DNA from: Alphaproteobacteria bacterium | GTDB lineage: Bacteria; Pseudomonadota; Alphaproteobacteria; UBA7985; JAUIBT01 | Length of the DNA: 64,000 bases | Reading direction: 5' to 3' | Assembly: GCA_030428255.1 (NCBI GenBank) | Contig: JAUIBT010000020.1 | Coordinates: forward strand, 9,380 to 73,379 | Shown: piece by piece, positions 9,580 to 20,097 of the stretch | Position numbering within the stretch: position 1 is the stretch's first letter | How the letters are laid out: every line of letters starts with the position of its first letter | Notes under the pieces: model-generated | What the model was told of the DNA's origin: nothing | Databases searched by the model: none | What the model saw: only the letters and a program-made list of their open reading frames with translations | Made by a program: the position numbers and the translations under genes

Positions 9580-10548
9580 CTAGCTCAGCAGGCCGCGTTC
9601 CTTGCGCGGTGTCTTGTGATAGCAATCCCGGTAGCACTTAGAAAAGTGGCTCGCAGAAACGAAGCCGCAAGCCAAAGCCACGTCAATCACCGACATGTTG
9701 GTTTGCAACAACAACAAGCGTGCACGCTTCAGCCTCAGCTCCAGGTAATAGCGCGCGGGCGAGCGGTTGAGATACTTACGGAACAACCGCTCAAGTTGAC
9801 GGGTGGAGAGGTTGGCTTCCTCAGCCAGCTCAGAGCGCGACAGCGGCTCTTCCAGGTTGGCTTCCATGCGTTGGATGACTTGCAAAAGCTTGGGATGTTT
9901 GACGCCCAAACGCGCAGGCAGTGAGACCTTTTGATTGTCGAATTCATCGCGAATGCGCTCGATCATAAATTGGTCGGCGACTGCGGCTGCCAGCTCCCCG
10001 CCGTGTTGCATGGCGATGACGTGCAGGGCCAAATCCAACGGTGCGGTACCACCGGCGCAGGTGACCCGCTTGCCGTCGATTTCATAGATGTCAGAGGTAA
10101 TTTCGATCTCGGGGAATTCTTCGGACAAGGCCGCGATGTTTTCCCAGTGGATCGTGGCGCTGTGACCTTCCAGCAGACCGGCTTTGGCGAGCGCGTAGGT
10201 GCCTGTACAAAGCGCGCCGAGATTTGCGCCCAAACGATCAATCTTGCGCAGCCAATTCAAAATCACTGGCGAGATATTGCGGTGGATATCAAGCCCGCCG
10301 ACCAGCAAAACTAGGGACTTAGGGTTGACGGCATCCAAACGGTGGGTCTCGCGCATAGATATGCCATTGGAGGCCGCGACCGGCACGCCATCTTCCGAGT
10401 GCAGGCTCCAGCTATACAAGGCTTCGCCTGCGTTGCGATTCGCCAGACGAAAGGGCTCGACCGCAGAGGTGAAGGAAATCATCGAATAGTTTGGAATCAG
10501 GACAAAGCTGATGTGATAGGCCTCTTCGCTGCGGGCTTTTTCAAACAT
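9580..10548 (-). CDS. GlxA/GbdR-like AraC regulator with a DJ-1/GATase-like domain, divergent from the sox operon
   Basis: EPFRLAN, GALCTG, TIHWEN, and a C-terminal AraC double HTH (RQLERLF, ACGFVSASHFSKCYR). Confidence 0.92.
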   Translation of the reverse strand: MFEKARSEEAYHISFVLIPNYSMISFTSAVEPFRLANRNAGEALYSWSLHSEDGVPVAASNGISMRETHRLDAVNPKSLVLLVGGLDIHRNISPVILNWLRKIDRLGANLGALCTGTYALAKAGLLEGHSATIHWENIAALSEEFPEIEITSDIYEIDGKRVTCAGGTAPLDLALHVIAMQHGGELAAAVADQFMIERIRDEFDNQKVSLPARLGVKHPKLLQVIQRMEANLEEPLSRSELAEEANLSTRQLERLFRKYLNRSPARYYLELRLKRARLLLLQTNMSVIDVALACGFVSASHFSKCYRDCYHKTPRKERGLLS

Positions 10549-10905
10549 GCGTAGCGGTCTCCTGCGATCATCTGGGCTTAGCGACGAAACGAACCGGGGC
10601 GACTCCAAACCCCGAAATCAGCCTGGCACGACTTTGTTGAATGCGACAAGTCTTACTTGCATTTCCGACGCAGAATATGCGCGCCAGCGCAGATGTACGA
10701 AGCGACCCTTGGATCTTGGCGGCACGGCTGCGGCGGGCCTGGGCCGGGGGAAAGCGAAGCTCTGCGGCGGTTTGGATGCTCAATGTGGGCTCGAAGTGTC
10801 GCTTTTGGTCGCTGGGTCTGGGTTTTTGAGCGACAGTCGCCCTGCGAAGACAGTATTGTTGCGCCAGATTTTGCTCTTCTAACCGCCAGCGAACAGGATC
10901 CTGCC

Positions 10906-12153
10906 GTGCGCTATTCTGCATTCAGTTTGCTGCGAAATACGCTTTCGCATCACAAAAATTGGCCCCAGATGTGGGACAACCCCGACCCGCTTCCCGAATA
11001 CGACGTCATCATCATTGGCGGCGGCGGTCACGGTTTGGCGACGGCCTACTACCTGGCCAGCCAACACGGAATTACCAACGTGGCGGTGCTGGAAAAGGCC
11101 TGGATCGGCGGCGGCAACACAGGCCGCAATACCACCATCGTGCGCTCGAACTACCTGTGGGACGAGTCGGCCAAGCTGTATGAGACCGCGCTCAAGCTGT
11201 GGGAAAACCTCAGCCAAGAGCTGAACTACAACGTCATGTTCTCTCAGCGCGGGGTCATGAACCTGTGCCACAACGTGCATGACGTGCGCGAGACAAAGCG
11301 GCGGGTCAACGCCAACCGCCTAAATGGCATCGATTCGGAATTCCTGGACGCCCAGCAGGTGAAAGAATTCTGCCCTGCCATTGATCTTCGCGGCGGTGGT
11401 CGCTATCCGGTGATGGGCGCCAGCCTTCAGCGCCGGGGCGGCACAGCCCGTCACGATGCGGTGGCTTGGGGTTATGCGCGCGGCGCGGCCAAGCGCGGCG
11501 TTCACATCATCCAAAATTGCCCGGTCACTGGCTTCGACATCGAAGGCGGCGTGATCAAGGGCGTGCAGACCGCCAAAGGCGCGATCAAAGCCAAGCGCGT
11601 CGGCATGGTGGTTGCGGGTCACTCGTCGGTGCTGGCCAATATGGCAGGCTTCAAGCTGCCGCTGCACTGTCGCCCCTTGCAGGCGCTGGTCTCAGAGCCC
11701 GTCAAGCCCGCGATTGATTGCGTGGTCATGTCCAACGCGGTTCACGCCTACATTTCTCAGTCCGATAAGGGCGAGCTGGTGATCGGCGCCGGTACGGATG
11801 CCTACTGCTCGTATGGGCAGCGCGGCTCTATGCACAACACCGAGGGCACATTGGCGGCCATCTGTGAGATGTTCCCCCAGTTCCGCCGTATGAAGATGCT
11901 GCGCGCTTGGGGCGGCATCGTCGATACCTGCCCGGACGCCAGCCCGATCATCGGCCATACGCCGGTCAAGGGCCTTTATATCAACTGCGGTTGGGGGACA
12001 GGCGGCTTTAAGGCGACCCCGGGCTCAGGCTTCGTCTTTGCCGATACCATCGCCAACGAGCGTCCGCACCCGCTGGCCGAGCCTTTCGCACTGTCACGTT
12101 TCTCGACCGGTTATCTGATCGGCGAGCACGGCGCGGCTGGCGTGGCGCACTAA
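10906..12153 (+). CDS. soxB: Sarcosine oxidase beta subunit
   Basis: [36 protein letters not shown] and the C-terminal GAAGVAH. GTG start chosen from the family N-terminus (RYSAFSL). Confidence 0.95.
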   Translation: MRYSAFSLLRNTLSHHKNWPQMWDNPDPLPEYDVIIIGGGGHGLATAYYLASQHGITNVAVLEKAWIGGGNTGRNTTIVRSNYLWDESAKLYETALKLWENLSQELNYNVMFSQRGVMNLCHNVHDVRETKRRVNANRLNGIDSEFLDAQQVKEFCPAIDLRGGGRYPVMGASLQRRGGTARHDAVAWGYARGAAKRGVHIIQNCPVTGFDIEGGVIKGVQTAKGAIKAKRVGMVVAGHSSVLANMAGFKLPLHCRPLQALVSEPVKPAIDCVVMSNAVHAYISQSDKGELVIGAGTDAYCSYGQRGSMHNTEGTLAAICEMFPQFRRMKMLRAWGGIVDTCPDASPIIGHTPVKGLYINCGWGTGGFKATPGSGFVFADTIANERPHPLAEPFALSRFSTGYLIGEHGAAGVAH

Positions 12154-12194
12154 GACTTGCGCTGTTTCAAGAGAATTCCAGAAGGACCACAGAC

Positions 12195-12494
12195 ATGTTG
12201 TTGATTGAGTGTCCCCATTGCGGCCCCCGCAATGAGTCCGAGTTTCACTATGGCGACCAAGCCCATATCGCGCGCCCCGAGCATAACGAAGGCATGAGCG
12301 ATCAAGAGTGGGCCGAATACGTCTACCTGCGTGAAAACCCAAAAGGCCTGTTCCGCGAGCGCTGGTGCCACACCGCCGGTTGCGGGCGCTGGTTCAATGC
12401 CGTGCGCGATACGGTCTCAAGCCGCATCATGGCCACCTATAAGACCGGTGAAGAAGCGCCGATTGGCGCCGACCAAGAAGGAGGCCAGCTCTAA
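12195..12494 (+). CDS. soxD: Sarcosine oxidase delta subunit
   Basis: MLLIECPHCGPRNESEF...ERWCHTAGCGRWFNAVRDT (Zn ligands). Confidence 0.95.
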   Translation: MLLIECPHCGPRNESEFHYGDQAHIARPEHNEGMSDQEWAEYVYLRENPKGLFRERWCHTAGCGRWFNAVRDTVSSRIMATYKTGEEAPIGADQEGGQL

Positions 12495-15400
12495 TGGCAC
12501 AGAAGTATCGTTTGCCGGACGGTGGTCGCGTCAACCGTGAGCAGCCGCTGCGCTTTACCTTTGACGGCAAGACCTACGAGGGCTTTGAGGGCGACACCCT
12601 GGCCTCAGCACTGATCGCCAACGGCGTGCGCCTGGTTGGTCGCTCGTTCAAGTATCACCGCCCGCGCGGTATCATCACCTCAGGCGTGGACGAGCCCAAC
12701 GCGCTGGTTGATCTCTATTCCGGCACCTCCAAGCACGAGGCCGACGCCCGCACCACCATGGTCGAGCTGGTCGATGGCATGGACGCCAAGTCGATCAACA
12801 ATTACCCCTCGCTGAGCTTCGACGTGGGCGCGGTGAACTCGATCTTCTCCAAGTTCTTCGTCTCGGGCTTTTATTACAAGACCTTCATGTGGCCCACGGC
12901 GGCCTGGCTGAAGGTCTATGAGCCCTTTATCCGTAAGGCTGCGGGCCTGGGGCATGCGCCAACCGTTCCCGATACCGACCACTACGAAAAGCACTACGGT
13001 TATTGCGATGTGCTGATCATCGGTGCGGGCCCGGCGGGCTTGGCGGCGGCGCGGGTCGCTGCCCGCTCTAAGGCGCGCGTCTGGCTGGTGGACGACCAGA
13101 GCGAATTCGGCGGCCACTTGCTGACCCGCGGTCAGACCATCGACGGTATGGACTCGGACGCTTGGATCGTCCAGGTGCGCGCCGAGCTGGAAGCTGCGCC
13201 CAACGTGACCATCAAGACCCGTGCGCAAGCCATCTCCTACTTCGACATGAACTATGTCGCGATCTGGGAGAAGGTCACCAACCACATGGCCAACCCGCCG
13301 GCCTCCATGCCGCGCGAGCGCCTCTACCGCATTCGCGCTGGTCAGGTGATTATCGCTACCGGCTCGCACGAGCGTCCCTTGGTGTTCGCCGACAACGACC
13401 GCCCCGGCGCGATGCTGGCTGGCGCGGCTGAGACCTACATCAAGCGCTATGGCGTTAAGCCAGGCAAACGCGCGGTGGCCATGGTCAACAACGACTACGC
13501 CTATGGCTCGATCCTGGCCCTGCTAGATGCGGGCGTGGAAGTGCCTCTGGTCTGCGACCTGCGCGAGGAGCCCGATGGTGCTTTGACCCAGGCGGTTAAG
13601 GATCGCGGCGTGCCGATCAAGGCCGGCCATGCGGTTGTAGGTGTCAAAGGTGCCAAGGGCGTGAACGGCGTCAAAATCGCCAAGTTGAGCGAGGACGGCA
13701 AGTCTATGGCCGCCGGTGAAAAGCCCATCCATCAGGCCTGTGATCTGCTGGTGCATTCGGCAGGTTGGACCCCAGCGGTTCACGCGCACTGCATGGCGCG
13801 CGGCAAGCTGACTTGGTCGCAAGACATGTCCTGTTTCTTGCCGTCTGAAGGCTCTGACGCCAACCCCAATGCCTCGGCGGGTAACTGCGCGGGACAAATG
13901 GACCTGGCGGCGGCCTTGCAGGGTGGCCACGCGGCGGCGCTGCAAGTGCTGGACGCTCTGGGCATGCCCGCCGAGGGCGCACCCGCAGCGTCCAAGGCCG
14001 AGTCTGACGCGCCCAGCTCGAGCCGCATTTTGTGGATCGTACCGGGCGAAAAAGAGCTGGGCTACGGCAGCGCCAAGCACTTCATCGATTTCCAGAACGA
14101 TTCCACTGCGTTCGATCTGAAACTGGCGGTGCGCGAGGGCATGCACTCAATCGAGCACGTCAAGCGCTACACCACCACAGGCATGGCGACCGATCAGGGC
14201 AAGCTGGCCAACCTCAACGCTATCGGCATTGTCTCTGAGGCGCTGGGCGTTGAGCCGCAGAAGGTCGGCACCACCACCTATCGTTTGCCGTATACGCCGA
14301 CCACCTTTGGCGTGATCGCGGGCCGCGATATCGACGATCTGCTGGACCCCGCCCGGCAAACGGCCATGCACCCTTGGCACGTAGACAACGGCGCGGTGTT
14401 CGAGGATGTCGGCCAGTGGAAGCGCCCCTGGTACTTCCCCAAGAAGGGTGAGAGCATGCACAAAGCTGTGCTGCGGGAGTCCGCAGCTCTGCGAGAGCAT
14501 GTCGGCATCTTGGATGCCTCGACCCTGGGTAAGATTGTGGTCAAAGGCCCCGATGCTGGTGCCTTCTTGGATCTGGTCTATACCAACAAGTTCTCCTCTT
14601 TGAAACCGGGCAAATGTCGCTATGGCCTCATGCTGAACGAAGACGGCATGATCCTGGACGACGGCGTGACCTCGCGCATCAGCGAAGACGAGTTCTACAT
14701 GACCACCACCACGGGCAACGCCGCCCCGGTGCTGGATCATTTGGAAGAGTACTTGCAGACCGAATGGCCCCACATGCAGGTCTATCTGACCTCGGTCACC
14801 GAGCAGTGGGCCACCGCGACCATCGCGGGCCCCAAGGCGCGCGACCTGCTGACTGAGCTGTGCCCGGATGTGGATCTGTCCGCTGAGGCTTTTGGCTTCA
14901 TGGAGTGGCGCGAAGGCACCGTGGCGGACTGCCCGGCGCGCATCTTCCGCATCTCCTTCACCGGCGATGTCTCGTTTGAGATCAACGTGCCCTCGGACTA
15001 CGGTTTGCACCTTTGGACCACCTTGATGCAGGTGGGCCGCAAGTACAGCATCACGCCTTATGGCACCGAGACCATGCACGTCTTGCGCGCTGAGAAGGGC
15101 TTTATCATCGTGGGTCAGGAGACCGACGGATCGGTCATGCCGTTCGACTTGGATATGAACTGGATCGTGTCCAAGAAGAAGGGCGACTTCATTGGCCGCC
15201 GCTCTTTGTATCGCGCCGACATGTCAAAACCGGACCGCAAGCAGTTGGTCGGCATTAAGACTGTCGATCCAAGCGTGGTGCTGGAAGAAGGCGCTCAGTT
15301 GGTGCGCGATCTGAAGGACAAGCCGCCGATGGATATGGTCGGTCACGTCACCTCGAGCTACGAAAGCCCGGCCTGTGGGCGCTCTATCGCACTGGGGCTG

Positions 15401-15526
15401 GTCAAGGGCGGCCTAGCGGCTGTGGGCGAGACGCTCTTTTCACCCCAGGCCGATGGCACGGTGATTGAGCTGCAAACCTGTAGCCCGGTCTTCTTCGACC
15501 CTGAAGGCACCCGCCAGAACGGTTAA
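12494..15526 (+). CDS. soxA: Sarcosine oxidase alpha subunit
   Basis: GRSFKYHRPRG, IGAGPAG, KRYTTTGMATDQGK, and a GcvT-like C-terminal half. TAATG overlap with soxD. Confidence 0.96.
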   Translation: MAQKYRLPDGGRVNREQPLRFTFDGKTYEGFEGDTLASALIANGVRLVGRSFKYHRPRGIITSGVDEPNALVDLYSGTSKHEADARTTMVELVDGMDAKSINNYPSLSFDVGAVNSIFSKFFVSGFYYKTFMWPTAAWLKVYEPFIRKAAGLGHAPTVPDTDHYEKHYGYCDVLIIGAGPAGLAAARVAARSKARVWLVDDQSEFGGHLLTRGQTIDGMDSDAWIVQVRAELEAAPNVTIKTRAQAISYFDMNYVAIWEKVTNHMANPPASMPRERLYRIRAGQVIIATGSHERPLVFADNDRPGAMLAGAAETYIKRYGVKPGKRAVAMVNNDYAYGSILALLDAGVEVPLVCDLREEPDGALTQAVKDRGVPIKAGHAVVGVKGAKGVNGVKIAKLSEDGKSMAAGEKPIHQACDLLVHSAGWTPAVHAHCMARGKLTWSQDMSCFLPSEGSDANPNASAGNCAGQMDLAAALQGGHAAALQVLDALGMPAEGAPAASKAESDAPSSSRILWIVPGEKELGYGSAKHFIDFQNDSTAFDLKLAVREGMHSIEHVKRYTTTGMATDQGKLANLNAIGIVSEALGVEPQKVGTTTYRLPYTPTTFGVIAGRDIDDLLDPARQTAMHPWHVDNGAVFEDVGQWKRPWYFPKKGESMHKAVLRESAALREHVGILDASTLGKIVVKGPDAGAFLDLVYTNKFSSLKPGKCRYGLMLNEDGMILDDGVTSRISEDEFYMTTTTGNAAPVLDHLEEYLQTEWPHMQVYLTSVTEQWATATIAGPKARDLLTELCPDVDLSAEAFGFMEWREGTVADCPARIFRISFTGDVSFEINVPSDYGLHLWTTLMQVGRKYSITPYGTETMHVLRAEKGFIIVGQETDGSVMPFDLDMNWIVSKKKGDFIGRRSLYRADMSKPDRKQLVGIKTVDPSVVLEEGAQLVRDLKDKPPMDMVGHVTSSYESPACGRSIALGLVKGGLAAVGETLFSPQADGTVIELQTCSPVFFDPEGTRQNG

Positions 15527-15615
15527 CCCCATGATCAAGCAGAGCTGAGGCTCTGCGCATGCCGACCCAAACCAGCGCACGGCGCTGGGGCGGGAGGCAA
15601 GGAAAGGACAAAGAC

Positions 15616-16200
15616 ATGTCTGCATTGGATTATCGACGCTCGGTTGCCTTGGTTGAGACCGCAGCGCTGTCAGTTGGACACGACGCGTCTGGCGCGGCCC
15701 TGGTCGAGCTGGCCCCCTATTGCGAACAAGGAAGCTGGAGCCTGCGCGGCAATGCCGATGATCAGGGCTTTACAGCAGCCATTGGCGCAGCCTTCGACGG
15801 TTTGGCCTTGCCGCGCGCGGTGGGGGAGACCAGCGAGGCTGGCGGTCTGGTGGCGCTCTGCTTGGGCCCCGATGAATGGCTGTTGGTCAACACTGACCGC
15901 CAAACGGCGCTGAGCTTGGGCGACGACGCCCCCCACCACAGCCTGGTCAATGTCAGCGATCAGTACGCGGTTTTGGACGTGACGGGCCCCATGGCGCGCC
16001 ACTTGCTCAGCAAGTGTGTGCAGATCGATCTGTCGCCCGAGGCGTTTGCGGTCGGCAGCGGCGCACGCACGCTGGCCGCCAAGACGCAAGTGGTGATCCG
16101 CTTGCTGGACGACAGCCCTAGCTTTCGCCTCATGACCCGCCGCTCGTTTGGCCCCTACCTCTGGGCCTGGCTGCAGGACGCGTGCCGCGAGTACGCTTGA
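15616..16200 (+). CDS. soxG: Sarcosine oxidase gamma subunit
   Basis: LGPDEWLL and RRSFGPYLWAWLQDA, in the expected operon position, with an AAGGA SD. Confidence 0.9.
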   Translation: MSALDYRRSVALVETAALSVGHDASGAALVELAPYCEQGSWSLRGNADDQGFTAAIGAAFDGLALPRAVGETSEAGGLVALCLGPDEWLLVNTDRQTALSLGDDAPHHSLVNVSDQYAVLDVTGPMARHLLSKCVQIDLSPEAFAVGSGARTLAAKTQVVIRLLDDSPSFRLMTRRSFGPYLWAWLQDACREYA

Positions 16201-16222
16201 TCGCTGGATGAAACCGCTTTGC

Positions 16223-16264
16223 GCCTGGCTGAGTTGAAGCCTGGCTGACCTCACGCCTGGCTGA
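16223..16264. repeat. GCCTGGCTGA x3 at a 16-bp period just after soxG
   Basis: Copies at 16223, 16239 and 16255. Confidence 0.75.
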
Positions 16265-16338
16265 GCGATATCGCCTCGCGCTGGGCAAGGCGGGGCGTGT
16301 CGGTTAGCGCCGCAGCGCAGTCACCTTTGCAGCGAAGT

Positions 16339-16370
16339 TAGCGCAAAGCCCGAGCAATCGCCGTCGATTG
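16339..16370 (+). repeat. Single degenerate copy of the 45-bp REP-like element
   Basis: TAGCGCAAAGCCCGAGCAA matches 18 of 19 nt of the array head read on the minus strand from 57698, with continued gapped similarity. Confidence 0.65.
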
Positions 16371-16465
16371 TACCAAAGGTTCGCAGGGCGCATTTGTTTT
16401 ATAAACAAATAGTTAGAGGCTGTTGAGTGTATGCAGCTCAACGAAACCTGCTCCTGCTCCTAGTC

Positions 16466-17629
16466 CTAGTCCTCGTCCAGCTCAAGGGCCTCGACCGACA
16501 AGATGGTGGGCAGGTGACGCGCAACCTCCTGCCAGCTCTCGCCCTCGTCGATACTGGCGAAGACCGAGCCGCTGTTGGTGCCAAAATAGATGCCTGCAGG
16601 GTCTTGCGTATCGCCCGCCATCGCCTGTCGCAGCACGGTGAAATAGCAAGCCTCTTGCGGCAGCCCTTCGCGCATGTCCTGCCAGGTCTCTCCCCCGTCG
16701 CGTGACCGCCAGACAGCCGCCGCCGCACCCGGCGGAAAGCGGCCCTGCATGTCCCCGTTCAAGGGCAAGGTCCAGAGCGTTTGCGGATCGCGCGGATGCA
16801 CACGGATCGGAAAGCCAAAGGTCGATGGCAGCCCATTGGTGATATCGTCCCACGACCGCCCACCATCCGACGAACGCCAAACCCCATGGTGATTCTGCTG
16901 ATACAGCAGGTCGCCGTCGCCCGGTGCGCGCATCATGTTGTGTACGCAGTGGCCGGTTTCTCCATCGCGCGGCGCAGCAGGGTGGTTGCTGTGCTCGCAG
17001 GCCTCAGCGTTCGACAGGCGGTTGCGGCGCTGCCAACTCGCGCCGCCGTCCTCGGTGGCAAAAACACCCGCCGCTGAAATGCCGAGCCACAACTTGTCAG
17101 CATCTTTGGGGTCCGAAACGATGGTGTGCAGCACCAGGCCCGCCGCGCCGGGGCTCCAGCTTTCTGCCGAGGGGTGGTCGTTGAGGCTTTGAACGCGCTG
17201 CCAACTTGCGCCGCCGTCCTCGCTGACCAGCAATTGCGCGGGTTTGGTGCCCGCATAGAGTTTGCCGTGCGCGTAGTGCAGCGACCAGACTTGCTTGAAA
17301 TCTTCGCCAAAGGGTAGCGGCTCGGGCGTCCATCCGACCATTTTGGCAAAGTCGGCGTCGCCAGCCGCCCAGTCGTCCATCGCGCCCTTGGTCAGGCGGC
17401 AGACCTGCCAGGTCTTGCCCGCATCGTCAGAGCGCCAGACCCCCGCACCGCTGAAGTCACCGCCGCCGCCCGCCCAGATTCGCCCGGTCTTGGCATCACC
17501 GACCAAATGATTGATCGGCCAGCCGTCGCAAAAGGGCCCCTCAACCTGCCAGCCGCCGCGCTGAGCGTCGCTGCGAACCAGGAAGGCCCCCTTGGTGGTG
17601 CCGACAAGAAGCGTGATCGTGGTCGCCAT
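16466..17629 (-). CDS. BNR/Asp-box repeat beta-propeller protein (sialidase/WD40-YVTN-like)
   Basis: Repeated SxDGGxxW Asp-boxes, N-terminal LLVGTTKGAF, plus HCVH and QQNHHG. Confidence 0.88.
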   Translation of the reverse strand: MATTITLLVGTTKGAFLVRSDAQRGGWQVEGPFCDGWPINHLVGDAKTGRIWAGGGGDFSGAGVWRSDDAGKTWQVCRLTKGAMDDWAAGDADFAKMVGWTPEPLPFGEDFKQVWSLHYAHGKLYAGTKPAQLLVSEDGGASWQRVQSLNDHPSAESWSPGAAGLVLHTIVSDPKDADKLWLGISAAGVFATEDGGASWQRRNRLSNAEACEHSNHPAAPRDGETGHCVHNMMRAPGDGDLLYQQNHHGVWRSSDGGRSWDDITNGLPSTFGFPIRVHPRDPQTLWTLPLNGDMQGRFPPGAAAAVWRSRDGGETWQDMREGLPQEACYFTVLRQAMAGDTQDPAGIYFGTNSGSVFASIDEGESWQEVARHLPTILSVEALELDED

Positions 17630-17721
17630 GGCTCTTTTCCCCCCATTTGGTCAAAGCTGCGTCCGAAGGTCGCAATTTTAGCAGACCTGAGGGCAGGCTG
17701 TCATGGAAAACACGCAGCGAC

Positions 17722-17752
17722 AAAAAAAGGGGCGCTCCGGGCTCCCCTTTTT
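17722..17752 (-). terminator. Rho-independent terminator after prfB
   Basis: AAAAAAAGGGGCGCTCCGGGCTCCCCTTTTT on the plus strand: a stem flanked by A/T tracts. Confidence 0.8.
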
Positions 17753-17773
17753 ATGGTGTCCGGCGGACCTGGC

Positions 17774-18896
17774 TTAATCCCCGGCGCTATCACCTACCGG
17801 CTTTAGCTTCAGGGCCAAGGCGGCCTCTAGGAATGGGTCCAGTGCGCCGTCCAGCACCGCGCCCGAGTTCGAGGTCTCGTGCTGGGTGCGCAGGTCCTTG
17901 ACCATCTGGTAGGGTTGCAAAACGTAGGAGCGGATCTGGTGACCCCAGCCGATCTCGGTCTTTTGCGCCTCGGTATCGTTGGCCGCGTCCTCGCGCTTTT
18001 TCAGCTCGGCCTCATAGAGACGCGCGCGCAGCATGGACATGGCGGTGGCCTTGTTCTTGTGCTGCGAACGATCGGATTGACATTGCACCACGATGCCGGT
18101 CGGCTGGTGGGTAATGCGCACCGCCGAGTCGGTGGTGTTGACGTGCTGGCCGCCCGCGCCCGATGCGCGATAGGTATCAATGCGCAGGTCGCTGTCGACG
18201 ATCTCAACATCGATATTGTCGTCGATCACCGGGTAGACCCAGACTGACGCAAAAGAGGTGTGACGCCGCGCCTGGCTGTCAAAGGGGGAGATGCGCACCA
18301 GACGGTGAACGCCGGTCTCGGTCTTGGCCCAGCCGTAGGCGTTCTCGCCCTTGATTTTGATTGAGATGGATTTCAGGCCCGCTTCTTCCCCGGGGCTTTC
18401 TTCCATCAGTTCGGTCTTGAAGCCGCGCTTGTCAGCCCAGCGCAGGTACATGCGCGCCAAAATCTGGCACCAGTCTTGCGCCTCCGTACCGCCTGCACCC
18501 GCGTTGACTTCCAAGAAGCAGTCGTTGGCGTCGGCTTCGCCTGACAGCAAGCTTTCCAGTTGGCGTTTGGCCGCCTCTGCCTTCAAGGCGAGCAGGCCCT
18601 CTTCGGCCTCTGCCAGGGCTTCTTTGTCGTCTTCCATCTCCGCCATGTCGATCAGCTCGGCAAAATCGGACATATCTTGCTCAATCTTGCGAGTGGCGGT
18701 GATGGCTGCTTCCAGCTTTTGCCGCTCCTGCAGCAGGACGCGGGCTTGGTCGGGCTTCGACCACAGCTCAGGGTCTTCGCTTAGAGCATCCAGTTCTTCG
18801 AGGCGTAGGACAGCGTTGTCCCAGTCAAAGATGCCTCCTCAGCAGGCCCAAGGACTTATTGATGTCCTCGACCGCTGCTTGCATTTCCGCGCGCAT
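17774..18896 (-). CDS. prfB: Peptide chain release factor 2, translated through a +1 programmed frameshift
   Basis: ORF1 MRAEMQ...LLRRHL (23 codons from 18896) ends in CTT TGA C. The +1 frame continues DWDNAVLRL... and contains the SPF and GGQ motifs. Confidence 0.96.
18824..18840 (-). promoter_or_regulatory. prfB frameshift cassette
   Basis: Minus strand GAGGAGG-CAT-CTT-TGA-C: internal SD plus slippery stop. Confidence 0.95.
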
Positions 18897-18960
18897 GGCG
18901 TTCTCCAAATCTCGTGTGGACTGCGGGTATAGAAGCGGGGCAGGCGCTTGGCAAGGGGCT

Positions 18961-20088
18961 CTAGAGTGGCGGCGGGATCAGCACGAAGCTGCCGACGTGG
19001 GTCTTGCGCAAAAAGGCCTCCTGCGCGGCCTGGATTTCCGCCAAGGGATAGGTGCCAGCGATGGCGGGGTTGAGGCCGCCGTCCGCCAGGACCGCCAACA
19101 GCGCCTCGAAGGTGCCGGGCTCGTAGGCCGCCGAACCGAAAAAGGACAGGCTCTTGAGGTAGAGCGTGCGCAGGTCCAATTCGACCAGTGGCCCCGCGAT
19201 GGCTCCGGCCACCACATAGCGCCCGCCGCGCGCCAAAAGGCCCAACAGCGTGCCAAAAGCTGGCCCGCCCACCACATCGGCTACCAGGCTGAAGGCTTGC
19301 CCCTGGTTGGCCGTGCGGGCCTGCTGCGGCCAATTGGGTGCGCGCCGGTCAATCACCGCATCCGCGCCCAGAGTCTGCAAAGCCTGCGCCTTGCTGGGAT
19401 CGGCCAGCGCCACGACCTGCGCGCCTGCATGCTTGGCGATCTGGATCAAAAAGGTGCCAACGCCGCCCGAGGCGCCGGTGATCAACAGGCTGTCGCCTGC
19501 ACGAAGGCCAGCCGCGCGCAGCATGTTCATGGCCGTGCCGCCCGAACAGGGCAGTGTGGCAAGCTGCTGATCGCTGAGGCTGGTGGCGGGCAGGGGATGG
19601 ACGTTGCGGGCTGGCACCTTGATGAACTGCGCGAAAGCCCCGTCCTGGTCCGAGCCCAAAAAGCCCACTGTCTCGCGCCAGTTGGGATCTTGCGGGTCGT
19701 AGAGATAAGGTTGAACCAAGGCTTTCTGGTTGAGCAGCCTGGGATCGACGCCTGGACCCAAAGCCACCACGCGACCGAGGCAGTCCAGGCCTTGGATGCG
19801 GGGAAACTCGGGATCGCCGGTCCAATCGCCCATGTTACCGTTGGTGTCGTCGCTGCTGTTAGGTGTTTTGCCTGCAACTTGGCTGGCCGTATCGCCAGAC
19901 ACGGTCTTTGCGTACCAGCCCACGCGCGCATTGATGTCTGCGTTGTTGACCCCGGCTGCCAGCACTTGGAGCAGCGCTTCGCCTGCGCCGGGCTGCGGCA
20001 CCGGCAGGTCTTCGCGATAGTGCAGGGCCTCGAACCCACCGTAGCCGGTAAGCTGGACGCCCGCCATGGTCAGCGGCAGACGGCTCAT
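18961..20088 (-). CDS. MDR-superfamily oxidoreductase (alcohol dehydrogenase/quinone reductase-like)
   Basis: PQPGAGEALLQVLAAGVN, FPRIQGLD, LITGASGGVG. Confidence 0.88.
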   Translation of the reverse strand: MSRLPLTMAGVQLTGYGGFEALHYREDLPVPQPGAGEALLQVLAAGVNNADINARVGWYAKTVSGDTASQVAGKTPNSSDDTNGNMGDWTGDPEFPRIQGLDCLGRVVALGPGVDPRLLNQKALVQPYLYDPQDPNWRETVGFLGSDQDGAFAQFIKVPARNVHPLPATSLSDQQLATLPCSGGTAMNMLRAAGLRAGDSLLITGASGGVGTFLIQIAKHAGAQVVALADPSKAQALQTLGADAVIDRRAPNWPQQARTANQGQAFSLVADVVGGPAFGTLLGLLARGGRYVVAGAIAGPLVELDLRTLYLKSLSFFGSAAYEPGTFEALLAVLADGGLNPAIAGTYPLAEIQAAQEAFLRKTHVGSFVLIPPPL

Positions 20089-20097
20089 AACAGGCCT

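Noticed and set aside
17774..18896. prfB as a pseudogene
   Set aside because: The in-frame TGA is the canonical programmed frameshift site.
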